DNA of 64,000 nucleotides from Paragordius varius (taxonomy: Eukaryota; Animalia; Nematomorpha), in NCBI GenBank assembly GCA_964247055.1, contig OZ176053.1:3782001-3846000 (forward strand). Direction: 5' to 3'. This document shows positions 1-10,957 of this stretch, piece after piece. Each line of letters begins with the position of its first letter. The stretch's first letter is position 1. Made by a program: the position numbers and the translations under genes. A model generated the notes under the pieces. The model had not been told where the DNA came from. It ran no database searches and saw nothing but the letters and a program-made list of their open reading frames with translations.

Positions 1-1
1 T

Positions 2-816
2 CTGCGTGTAGACAGGGATTACAATGATATTAATAACATTATAGAAACTAAAAATTCATTTTTTAATCCAGAAAATCCTGATGAATCTTGTCTCATTGAC
101 TATAATTTTGATGCGCTAATTTTTGATGAAACTTTGACTCCCGAGATTAGAGTATGTAAACAATTTTAGAAAATTCTTGATGTTAAAATTTCAAATATAT
201 ACTTTTAAGATTTACCTAAAGTCAATTACATATAAATTTAGTGTTTTCATAAGTTGTACTTTAAAATTGTATAGTTGCATGTATCAATCATTTCTTATAC
301 ATCCTTATTTTTTTCATAATCAATTTTTATTTGATAGAAAATTATACATGATTATTCTCGTAAAAATGGCCTCATTAGCGAATCATATACAAAAAATGAT
401 GATAATACTATATCAAAAAAGAAGAAACACAAAAACGATATACGTATTTTAGTAATCAAACCATTTGCATATAACGACATGTTAATATTTTTAGTACATG
501 TTCGACTTGGGAAATTATTGCGTGAATCTGAAAAGGATGCTTCTAAAAAATCTGAATTTGATTTTTTATTACGATATTACAAAATGTTTAAAATATTTGA
601 TAAAGCTATATATGTATGAAATAAATTTATGCTATATTATGCTAAATATTTTTATAGACACTATCAAAGAATGATTATCACGGATGGGTTGGGATAAAAT
701 TCCCAATTAATCCAATTGATATTTGTAATATAAATTTTTTTATATATAATATGATAATAGGCCAGTTTGAAATTATACTTGCCCTTATAGGCGCATTACA
801 CAAAAAATATTTTTGA
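2..816 (+). CDS. 3' part of a spliced R3H-domain protein gene (possibly NKRF-like); 5' end lies outside the window
   Basis: Phase-consistent GT-AG exon chain by hand: 2-151, 338-443, 495-613, 658-724, 761-816 (TGA). Joining exons 1-2 gives LIFDETLTPEIRKIIHDYSRKNGLISESY, an R3H signature (R-x3-H then GL-x-S-x-S). NKRF similarity (DINNII...LIFDETLT) is from memory and tentative. The last exons are uncertain. Not found by the ORF track. Confidence 0.55.
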
Positions 817-982
817 TATTGGATTGTAAAAAAAATTTTCATATATACTTTTAGCCACCAAATTTTTTGATTTTTATAAAGAGCTTTAAAACTGGCAATT
901 TTATGATTAAACAATAAAATTAACTTTTAAACAATGGGTCTTACCAATAAATTAAATGGGTTAAATAAAGTTTTTGTTTTAG

Positions 983-1501
983 CACTTAGATTTAAATTGG
1001 GGTATTTAGTAACCCCTAGACTAATATTCTAAAAAAAAACTACTGAAAAAAACGCTTTCGATTTGGAACTATGCTTCTATCCTAAAAAAATTATATAAAT
1101 AAGTAAAAATATCTAAATAAATTTAATATTAAAAAAACTACTTTGACGTCATTTTTAATTTAAAACATTTATTGAAAAAATCGTATTTATTTGATTCTAA
1201 CGCTTAAATTAAAGCTAATTTTTTAAATAACTAATAGCATTGATATAAGCATAGTGGTTAATTTTGCCTTATTTTGTGTCTAACTAATGCACACATGTCA
1301 TATGTTCTAAATTACCTTGAGAATTATCCATAAAAAAAGTAATATTAAATTATTTTAAATGAATCTTTAAATGTTAAGTTAGTGCAAACTATTGCAATAA
1401 TTTAAATTTGTTTTATATAAGTATTTGATATTAAGAGGCTTGGGCGTCTTAAGGCCTCAATTTGAATCGGAGGACTGAAATGTATATGTTGTATCTAAGT
1501 G
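983..1501 (+). mobile_element. piggyBac-like MITE, family A, degraded copy (519 bp)
   Basis: Left end CACTTAGATTTAAATTGGGGTAT after TTAG; right end GTATCTAAGTG followed by TTAA (1502-1505). Collinear with the copies at 11543, 12318 and 13229 but more diverged. Confidence 0.8.
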
Positions 1502-2793
1502 TTAAGTGCAATATAACGACAAATAATTAGCCTCATGCAGATACTTATACAATAAATCGATTGACCAATGTTTGCGCGTTATACCAAAATATTTTAATAC
1601 CATTTTTTACAAAATGGGCATATTTGGATATTAACCAATATTTGGCAATATGTTTTACCGTATTTTTTAAATCTATTAATCACACTTAAAATTTTTGAAT
1701 TAATATTTCTGAGTGGAAAAAAATTTATCCATGCAAGGCTATTTTTAAGACCGCATGCCCATGGGCCGCGATTTGAGTATCACTGAAAAGGTTTTAGTAT
1801 ATTTTGACCGAAATTTTATGAATTAATTTCATATTAGCGGTTTTTTCAATGAACTGTAAAAGTTGTTTTTATATTTTAGTCAATTATTTTTACTATATTT
1901 TCATAAATATAGAAACAGTTCAAAATGTCTTGCTTTTATATACCATGAAATAAAATGGTAAACATCTTAATATAAAGACAAAATCAAATAATGACTATTA
2001 AAAGTCTCATGAAATGGTAAAAAATTTTCTTCTAAGTTTTGCCCAAGATGATGTTGACTTTTTATTTAATCGCCAAAAATATTGGCATAAAAAAATATAT
2101 TATATTAAAATTATTCTCAATTTTTAATATCATCATTTTTTGATAGATATGAGATTTGGACGTCCATGATAGGGTGTAATATTTATAAAATAAAATTTTT
2201 ATTAATACTAGTTTTATCAAAGATTTCTTCATCCCAACCCCCGACGCAACTAGCCCGTTGTCTCTGAACAATCATTCACTGCTATGGAATGCGGCAAGGA
2301 GCGTGTGGGCGACGTGGGTTTGCCACACCCTTCTATTGATACACCTTGATATTCCTAAATAACTAAATATACATATTTTAAATTTTTTTTGGTAACTACC
2401 CCAAAAAGGGGGTGGTAACTTTGCTCCTTACCGCAGCTGTCTACATAGGACTACTCTTACCCCCTTACTAGGCTTTTACACCCCTCAAAGCTGGGAAAAA
2501 TCGTTTCATTCTTTAGGGCTTCCAACAAATATATGCAATGAAACGTACAATAGTAATTACATACGCAAAATGAAACTTATTTACATACGAGGCGCAAACT
2601 TAATGATAATAATCAGAGATAAAATCTAAAAAGAATGACAAATATCAAACGAGTGTCTACAAAATTAATCATCAAAATTATATCATAAAAAATCTTATTA
2701 AATTGCGCTGACAACAAAAACTATTAAATAGCGAGAAAGCGATTTTAGTTACGCTTATAGGATTTCACATGCATATAAACTTATGATGTAGGC

Positions 2794-4231
2794 ATGACAT
2801 TTCGCTACAATACCAAAGTAACGATATTGGACAAACCTGTGTCCAAACTTCGTTATGATGTAGTTTATGTGTGTAACAATATAGATTTCATCATCGACAT
2901 TTTACCTTTTATTTTCAGAAATTATACAATATCATTTAAATAGGTCTAATTCTATATCAGAGCTTCAGCAAAGGTTTTTACCCTAATTATTAAAGATTAG
3001 CCGAAAATGGATACAGAGTCGGACAAAGATATTTGGAGTTAATATTTTTACGAGACAAGCAGTTTAAAAGGGAAATAAAACTAGTTAACATTCTTTTGTA
3101 TATAAAAAATGTTATATGGAAGGTATATAGTGATTCTATAATTTTAGCAATTATTTGATAAAGAGGCAGAAAAATTGGAACATGCCAATGATGCCGAAAA
3201 TATTTGTAATTATATTAAATATTTCTCACAGATTATATAATTGAAAATGAAAATTATGTTAACAAGTATATATCCGTACCAAAAGACAAAGGAAATTTAA
3301 ACTGTGTCTATTTTGTCGCTGGTCTACTTCAAGCGATTTTGGTTGGATGCAATTTTGTGAGTTTTTTAATCATTTTTTTAAATTTTAAATTTTAGTTTCT
3401 GATTTTATTTTTTGTGCACATTTTTGATTATGGAAATAATAGCAAAATAAAATGTTAAACCGTCTTTTGCAACTATAGCATATGAGATAAGGATTTTCTC
3501 CAAAAAAGAATGAAATTAACACTTGGATACAACACACTCAATTTAGTCCTTGGATTCAAATTAAGGTAGCTGGATACCCCAGCCCTGTTTTAAATGAAAT
3601 ACTTTAAAAAGTATGGAAGGAATCGAAACCATGGCAAAATTTTGCACTTATATAACATTAGTAAACCGAATATAAAAAATTTTATTCATATAAATACTTG
3701 ATATTACTTATTTTAAAACCGAAAGGTAATTTCGTCAACGTGACATGTGTGAAATGGTAAAATTAAAAATAATACGAAATAAACCGCTTTTTCTATCTCT
3801 ATCAATGTCAGATGTAATTTAAATAGAAAATTAGCTTTAATTTTACCCTTAAAATTAAATGAGGACGATATTTTGCAAAGAAAGTTTAAAATAAAAATGG
3901 CATCGAAGTAGTTTGACATGGAACTTTTTTTTCAAAACAAAATTTTATTTAAATATTTTGGCATATTTATATAATTCTTAGGATGGAAGCATAAATTTTA
4001 ATTGGGACCGTTTCCTTCAAGAGTTTTTTAAAAATATTAATTTAAATTTAGTCTGGGGTATTTAGATACCCCAATTTGAATCGAAGTGCTAAAAGAAGAA
4101 TAATTATAATATATATCGCAATAGAATGTAGCTATCTCGCATGTATCAAATTCAATTACGGTTAGTTAAAACATCCAAATTAATAAAAATTGATTTGAAA
4201 ATTAAACCCAATTAATATAATTTTAACCCCC

Positions 4232-4262
<31 letters not shown>

Positions 4263-4753
4263 AGATGATCCATTATCTCTTAAGAATTATTTGTAATGAT
4301 TTGCACAGGTTCAACCATCTAGGAAACCATGGTTCGCGTTGCATGTTTTCGGAACCTGTGAACCTAATGCGAGAAATGTATATAATGATGAAATTCCTTG
4401 GAAAATTTTTTAATTTAAAAGCACCCAATAATCATAAAAGCATGATACACTTGCTAACTGAGCCGATGTAATCGCTGGCGAGTTAGGATTACATTTTTGC
4501 AGCACCATATGTTTTTATACTTTTTAGCGCACATTTTGTCGCCATTTCAGGAATACGCTTATTTTTGGTTTTGCTAAAATTGGTATATAGTTGCAAAGAA
4601 TTTGCTATAAGTTTTTGCAATTAAATTTAGTTATACAACTATTTTTATTTAATTTAGCCGGCCAAAGTTTCTGTTCATTGGCATAAGGGGACGACATTCA
4701 TGATGGTTTTTGATGAAGTTTCCATAGGCAAAGATCGATTGTTGGAAAAATAA
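2794..4753 (+). CDS. TRAPPC5: Trafficking protein particle complex subunit 5 (Trs31), 186 aa, 6 exons
   Basis: Exons 2794-2859, 2885-2973, 2996-3122, 3148-3205, 3232-3356, 4658-4753, all GT-AG. The spliced protein has the TRAPPC5 hallmarks ILDKP, LLFSEIIQY, ELQQRLAENGYRVG, LFDKEAEKLEHAND, YISVPKDKGNLNCVYFVAG and PAKVSVHWHKGTTFMMVFDE, ending KDRLLEK-TAA. Missed by the ORF track. Confidence 0.95.
3520..4088 (-). mobile_element. piggyBac-like MITE, family A (569 bp), inverted copy inside TRAPPC5 intron 5
   Basis: TTAA(3516-3519)-CACTTGGATACAA...TTTGAATCGAAGTG-CTAA; reverse complement of the copies at 11.5-13.8 kb. Confidence 0.9.
4227..4263. repeat. C26 homopolymer followed by A11
   Basis: Direct count: C at 4227-4252, A at 4253-4263; lies in TRAPPC5 intron 5. 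Confidence 0.9.
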
Positions 4754-5480
4754 TAGCTACGATAAGATCCGATGTATAAATTATTCAACGTTAATAAATA
4801 TTTGTATATAGTTTTATTTATTTGTAATGCTTTTTTTGCTACTACCACACCAACACAATATACAGTTTAACGTTTTTTTGTCAATATTTTTTTGAGAATT
4901 GTCCTTTTTACCTCTTTTTGTTAAAAATGAACATCCGTGACTTTTTTGATCCCATTTTATTATTAATAATAATGGGACTTTTACACTTTTTTCTGCTTAA
5001 AAGTTAAAAGGACTTTTTTATTAATTGCTGAAGATTTGTTTTTTTATATATATAAAATCAGTTTTCATCCACACTTAAAATTTACACGAAAAAATATTGG
5101 TGAAAATATTTTAAATTTCGACAAAATACACGTTTTACATTCGAAATAGCCGTTTTTGCCCATTCTTTCTTATATTATGATCAGATTATTTTGTACAGTT
5201 TTTTTTGGTTGAATTAAATACTACTATTTTCATTCAGAAACTAGAATTCAAAAAATGTTCATGTAACCACATTTCATAGCTCAGTGCACAATATCGTGGA
5301 TCATAAAAAATTACCTGTTTAAATGTATATAAATGCATCACTCATGGCGTTTTTGGTTTTAGCTAATCACTTAATAAAAGTCGCCACAACGAAAAGTCGT
5401 AAAATTAGCTCATATTATCCTTATTTACAAAATCTCATTAATAGTTGTCATAACCTCATTTAAAGCGGAGACTCTAAATA

Positions 5481-5745
5481 TACCATTTACACTTTAAATT
5501 CACTCTTGAACAAATCAAATTCACTCTAAAATGTAATGTGTTTTTTAATATTAAAAATTACCTATATTTTTTTATATTTTTAAAAAATGGAATTTTGTTT
5601 AAAATTTAAAATAATACTGAAAAAATAATAATCTATGCCATAAAGATATATTTCATATCAATAATGAGTATATTAGTCGAAAACACAATTTATTTTTAGG
5701 GTGAATTTGAATTGTTCGAGGGATGAATTTGAATTGTAAATGGTA
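5481..5745. mobile_element. Small inverted-repeat element (MITE-like, family C) with ~50-bp imperfect arms
   Basis: 5481-5531 (TACCATTTACACTTTAAATTCACTCTTGAACAAATCAAATTCACTCTAAAA) is an imperfect reverse complement of 5694-5745. Each arm contains a doubled AAATTCA(C/T)(T/C)CT-like motif. True termini and TSD not resolved. Confidence 0.6.
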
Positions 5746-5768
5746 ATTTAAATTTTTTTTATATGTTC

Positions 5769-6330
5769 GCTCCAAAGTCTGAATTTGGAACTTTCTAAAA
5801 TTAGCTATTTTTTAAAATAAACGCAAAAATGCCGGGGTGATAACGTTAAATATAATAGCTTTTAACATAAAAAAAAGTTTAAAAAAAATAATTTGCTTAA
5901 TATTTTATTTTTAGCAAAATATTGTTGAAAAGTATTGGATGATATTTTGAGTTTGCTAGAAAAACGGTGTAAAAACACTTTATACTATAACAGCACTTTT
6001 TTATAATTCGATGTTAAACATTTTTATTATTTCCGGTTTTTTATAAAAGGACTTAAAACTTATCTGTAAATCAAAAATCTGAGTGATATCCCGCATCATC
6101 AAATCTGGAAAAAGTTTTTTTTATCATCAGTGTTTTTATACCGTTTCCAACATATTTCAAAATACCATCGAATACGATTCAACGATTTTACTAAATAGTT
6201 ATTTTTTAAGCGTAGTATACATTTTTTAAAAAATAATTTTACTTGATGTCGCAATCTAGCATGTATTATCTCAATATTTTTGCGTTTATAAGAAAATTAG
6301 CCTATTTAGAGTGTTTTCAAATCATAAGTC
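5769..6330. mobile_element. Diverged copy of foldback/MITE family B (related to 18887-19443)
   Basis: GCTCCAAAG...TTCTAAAATTAGCTA...TAAAATAAACGCAAAAATGCCG matches the left arm at 18886; CCGTTTCCA (~6141) and TTTGCGTTTA..AGAAAATTAGCCTATTTAGAGTG (~6280-6312) match its right arm. Right boundary approximate. Confidence 0.6.
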
Positions 6331-7105
6331 AAATATAACGAGCTAGAGTGAAAACTTTGATATAGGTGGCATATTAATACATCCACTACTTATAATTTTT
6401 ATTCACATATACAATATTGGTCTTTTCTAACTGGTGGCTTATGCAATGAAAACTACATTTTGATTCATCTTGCGTTATCTGTTCGGCACCTCGCGCAAAA
6501 TAACATAATTATGTTACTATTTTTTAATGAATCCAACGAATTTGTTTAATATTGGTACACAAATTACAGAATAGGGTGGTTTATTTAAATTCATAATTAA
6601 CTTTACACGGTTTATGCTTTACAAACCCTGCCTTTTTGGAAAATAATTTTATTCAGCACATTTTTCCAGGGGATTCATTTTTTATTTAAACGAAATCTAT
6701 TCTAAGTTTATATGTCCATATCTCCCCACCATTATATTTAATTAAGTCTTGCGATATTTTTCGATAACAGATATTTAGCTTAAAAATTGAATTTGGGGAT
6801 TTATTTGCATCTATTAATTAATAATATTAAAATAAATAATTTATTGACTAACCACAGATCACATTCGTATATCCATGACTGCTCTTAATAGACTAAAACA
6901 TAGTGTCATATAAAATAAATACATATTAATTCTATATAAAAATATCAAATAAAATCGATTAAAAAACTTTAAAATATCATATGATATAAATCATTCTTTG
7001 CTGAAATTATTGAAGTATAAATGCGATTAAAGTCCTCTGTATATTATGTGTGCAAGAAATGACGTTTAAAAACATTAAGATAGCGTAAATGTTTTTCGAT
7101 TTATA

Positions 7106-10100
7106 TTAAGATATAATGGCACGAGATGCTTTTCCAGGTTGCAAAAGGCATTCGGTACTAAGGCATTTACGTTTTTCAATCATTTCATGGGTAAGTTTGT
7201 AGGGTATATCGTTTTCAAAGCGGGATATAGCCTATGTCATGTAAAAATCAACCGTAAATTATTCGAAATAAAATAAATTCCAACGATTTCCAAATAATAT
7301 TTATTATATATTAGTAATACCTCAAGTTTTCGAGCCCTTTTCATATCCAATAACTTTGTTCGACTCAGCATTTCATTATTTTCGGCCAACAAACGCAATT
7401 CAAAATAATACTTTGCGTATACGCTGGAAGGTACATTTATGTTGAATTGCAATAATTCTAAAAATTCTTTCTCCAATTCATTTCTATGAGAGTTTCAAAA
7501 TAAAAAAACAATTAATGCTAAATATTATTAGCATTAAGGCATGCGATTGATAAAAAAATCACAACAACAGTTGGTGTTTGACAACACTTTTCTATTGGTC
7601 AAAAATTGCATTGATTTATTCACAAGACTGTATTTAAACTATTTTTTAAAAAAATGCTATATTTTTGTCGTTGAATAATTTTTTAATTAATAATTTTTCC
7701 CATATATAAACATGTATAAACACACTTTTATAACGCTCACAATTGTTTTTGGGGACAATAAAAAAAATTTGCTTTTAAAATAAAAAAATGTATTATACAC
7801 GTCATCCACCGGAACTTCCTTTAAAATTTGGCAATAATCAACATTCCAAACAGCTTGGTCATCCCAAACCTTAGAGGCCAAAATAATGGCACCCAATACA
7901 ATGCGTCTCCATGTGTTTGGTTTTAGTATTATATCTTCGGCATATGTTAATAAACGTTCCAAATATACCTGAAACACAGTATTAAATAAAATATATCTAC
8001 CAAAAAAACAGAAAAGAATTTTTGATAAAAACTATTAAATATACAAGAAAACACTATTTAACTATTAAATAAATGAATGCCAACGCCGTTTTTGCTTAAA
8101 TTGATTTTTAAGAGTCCTAAAACAAAAAAAAACATATCTGTTTTCATGTTTATATTAATTATTGCTGCAATATATGGTTGATATTATAAAATTATAAAAA
8201 TTTATTTTTCTCTTAAAATTTAATAAATTTTTTATTTGATTTAATAAATAAATGTATTACCAAAGTTATGACAGCACATTCGGCAGTAAGTTGAGCATTT
8301 GTAAATAAATTTCGTAAAAATTTGTAGATTGTTTTGAAATCCGGATCTTTTATATCCCCGGAGTCACCATATTTATCTTTCTGTATATGATTATGATTGA
8401 TTTTATAAAATATACATGATAGTTGTTAAATATTAATACACCAAAAAATATTATAGCATCAAAATTGAAATAGTCTAAAATAATTAAATGGTTAAATGTT
8501 GCATAATATAATAACTGTAAAATAATATGTATTTACTCCAATCGTTTTCATAAATAATAACAAAAAATTATTTTTCGCCTCATCTAAATTTAAAATATCA
8601 TTTTTGGATTTTGGTAATATTGACCAAACTTAATTTTATCGCGAATGCAGTAGACCCCACCCTCCAAAAACCCCAATTGTGTGGGAAATACATGGTCGCC
8701 ATCTGCATTTTTTGAATTTGCTTAAATTTCAATTATTGTCAATATTACTCCATTGATATGTTACTAAATAAAAACATTTTGAAATCATTTTTTGTTATTT
8801 GGCTTATTGTCAGACTATAACAATGACATATAGGTACGTTTGTAGAAAGTACACTTACATACAATTAAAAACTAAAAGACTTACAGTCATGTCTATATAG
8901 AATTGTCTTTTTTTTTTATTTAAATGATTATAATTTTTTTTTAATTGTTTTGATGTTTGATATGTCAACTTTCAACATGCGCATTTTTAAGCCTTAAAAT
9001 AATAGTAGCCTATTTATTGTAAGAATTTTTAATTTATAATTAAAAGATGTTGCAAAATATTATTCTTGAACATTTTATCTACAACATGCGCATGTAATTT
9101 ATGATAACCAAGTTTAATATATGTTTTCATTTTCTAGGGGTTTTTAACATGCACTTAAAATATATAAGAAAACCCAAGCAGATGTCCATTTAATCTCTAT
9201 ATATATAAAGAAATAAATCATAAATCTAGAGTTATTTTAAAAAATTATGAATATCAACGATAACCCATTATTTCTTCTTTGCTCGGCAGCTAGTGTACTT
9301 GAAGGTTTATATTAAAAAATAAAAATTCAGAACAAAATCCAATATTAAAATCAATATGATAAAAAACCCCGGTGTAGTACCCCTCTAGAGCAACATAATA
9401 AAATTGCAAGACTTTGCGAAGAGAGAAGGGAAAAAAATCTAAAAAATTATTATAATTTTTCTTCACATATTTTGTTGGAATGTATGCAAAGAAAACCCCT
9501 AGAAAATGAAAACAATTATAAATTTATTTAAATATTATAATCAATAAATATTTTTATCTTTTAAATTATATTTTGGTTATGTGTGTTTAAACTTTATTAA
9601 TAAAATTTTATAATTAATATTTTACAAAAGATAAAAATTACAATATGCGCATGTTGTGCATCAAGAATAATATTTTGCAATATCTTTTATAATTATAAAT
9701 TAAAAATTCTTACAATAAATAGGCTACTATTATTTTAAGGCTTAAAAATGCGCATGTTGAAAGTTGACATATCAAACATCAAAACAATTAAAAAAAAATT
9801 ATAATCATTTAAATAAAAAAAAAAGACAATTCTATATAGACATGACTGTAAGTGAATTATGATTTTCTTAGTATGAGGGAATCATTATAGCGGGCTTATA
9901 TTTAAACATAAACAAATAAATACAGTAATTAAATAAAAGCATTTTTAAAATTACCAACCCTCAAAGTCAAATAGAATTAGGCCAAAAAACAAATTGTAAA
10001 AGTGTAGTTAAATTATAATAATAGGTAAATTTTTAACAAATTATTAAATCATACATTTAAGGGATGTACTTTCTCATCAAAAATTTGACTGTTGTTTGTT

Positions 10101-10957
10101 CCTGTGCTGGAATATGATTTATGCATTTGTTTAAGTGTAGTACAACGGCAAGGTGATTGTTTATTCTGATCACTGCTCATTTTTTCCATATTTGTCGGTT
10201 GATCATTAGATAATTTTAAATTATGGGTAGAACTATTAGATAATGTGTTTTGCAAAGATTCTGAACTTTCCAAAAACTTTGTCAACTGTAAGTGTCGTTT
10301 AGAATATGGATCCAGTATTCTTTCATTTTTGGGCTCAGATTGTATGTGATATAATATGGCTAATGCTAAACTCTTCACAACCATCTTCAGATTTGGTTGA
10401 GAAACAGTACAGTCATCAATAAAAATGGTGGATGTGGAATTACAACGAACAATAGAATTTTTAAAGCGACGAGATCTTATATCATTTACAACTGATGATT
10501 TGGAAGAACTGTTGGAAGGTTTAATCAAAAAATCAGCATCGCCATCTGCAATTAAATATTGGAGTAAACCTGATATTTTATTCCCATCATAGTGGCGACT
10601 ATACGATTCGCTTTTCTTTAACTACTATTTATTTATATATTTACTTGACGTCTTTTGGATATCACAATACCTAAACATTAATTTTTAAAAACAACTTTTA
10701 TCACTCCCACATTTGGATATGAAAAGGGGCCCAGTAATTGGGTTTGATGATGGATCTTTATATATATCTAAATTTAATATTAGAATACCATCGGGTTCCC
10801 GTTCACTAATGTGCTGAATATGGATATAATCTAATTTTTTAAAGTTTCCATCCTTTAATGTTTTACCGCGTCGTTTAACATTTAGACACAAACCTTTATA
10901 CGCCTTATTTTTAGATTCTGGATCTGGTTGAACAAAGCAACACAACTTATTACCCAT
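7106..10957 (-). CDS. CCNY: Cyclin Y / cyclin Y-like, about 450-460 aa
   Basis: Exons (minus): 10957-10789, 10755-10711, 10670-10645, 10621-10055, 8380-8261, 7968-7799, 7483-7321, 7231-7106 (TAA). Motifs: MGNKLCC (myristoylation/palmitoylation-type N-terminus), [110 protein letters not shown]-terminal AIIS. The cyclin-box exons are secure; N-terminal splice choices are less certain. Confidence 0.95.
8884..9848. mobile_element. Tc1/mariner-like non-autonomous foldback element (965 bp) in a cyclin Y intron
   Basis: TA(8882-83)-CAGTCATGTCTATATAGAATTG...CAATTCTATATAGACATGACTG-TA(9849-50). The arms are near-perfect reverse complements for ~185 bp (8884-~9069 vs ~9661-9848), with further patchy matches inward (e.g. 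GTTTTCATTTTCTAGGGGTTTT ~9123 vs ~9492). No coding capacity. Confidence 0.85.

Noticed and set aside
177-914. Track ORFs 177-452 (+) and 678-914 (-)
   Set aside because: They cross the introns and exons of the spliced R3H gene in the wrong frame or on the wrong strand.
1560-2350. Possible additional spliced gene between MITE 983-1501 and TRAPPC5, including two 20-nt GT-AG segments near 1958 and 2017
   Set aside because: Exon-like patches exist on both strands, but I could not build a stop-free chain or recognise a product. RNA-seq is needed.
4127-4492. Possible degraded MITE with short hairpins (CACAGGTTC..GAACCTGTG; TGTAATC..GATTACA) and track ORF 4265-4471
   Set aside because: The inverted matches are only 7-9 bp, there is no TSD or second copy, and the ORF is intronic with no motif.
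5040-5460. Exon-like patches on the minus strand (VIFYDPRYCALSYEMW; GKNGYFECKTC), and another at ~6370-6500
   Set aside because: No consistent splice chain or recognisable homology.
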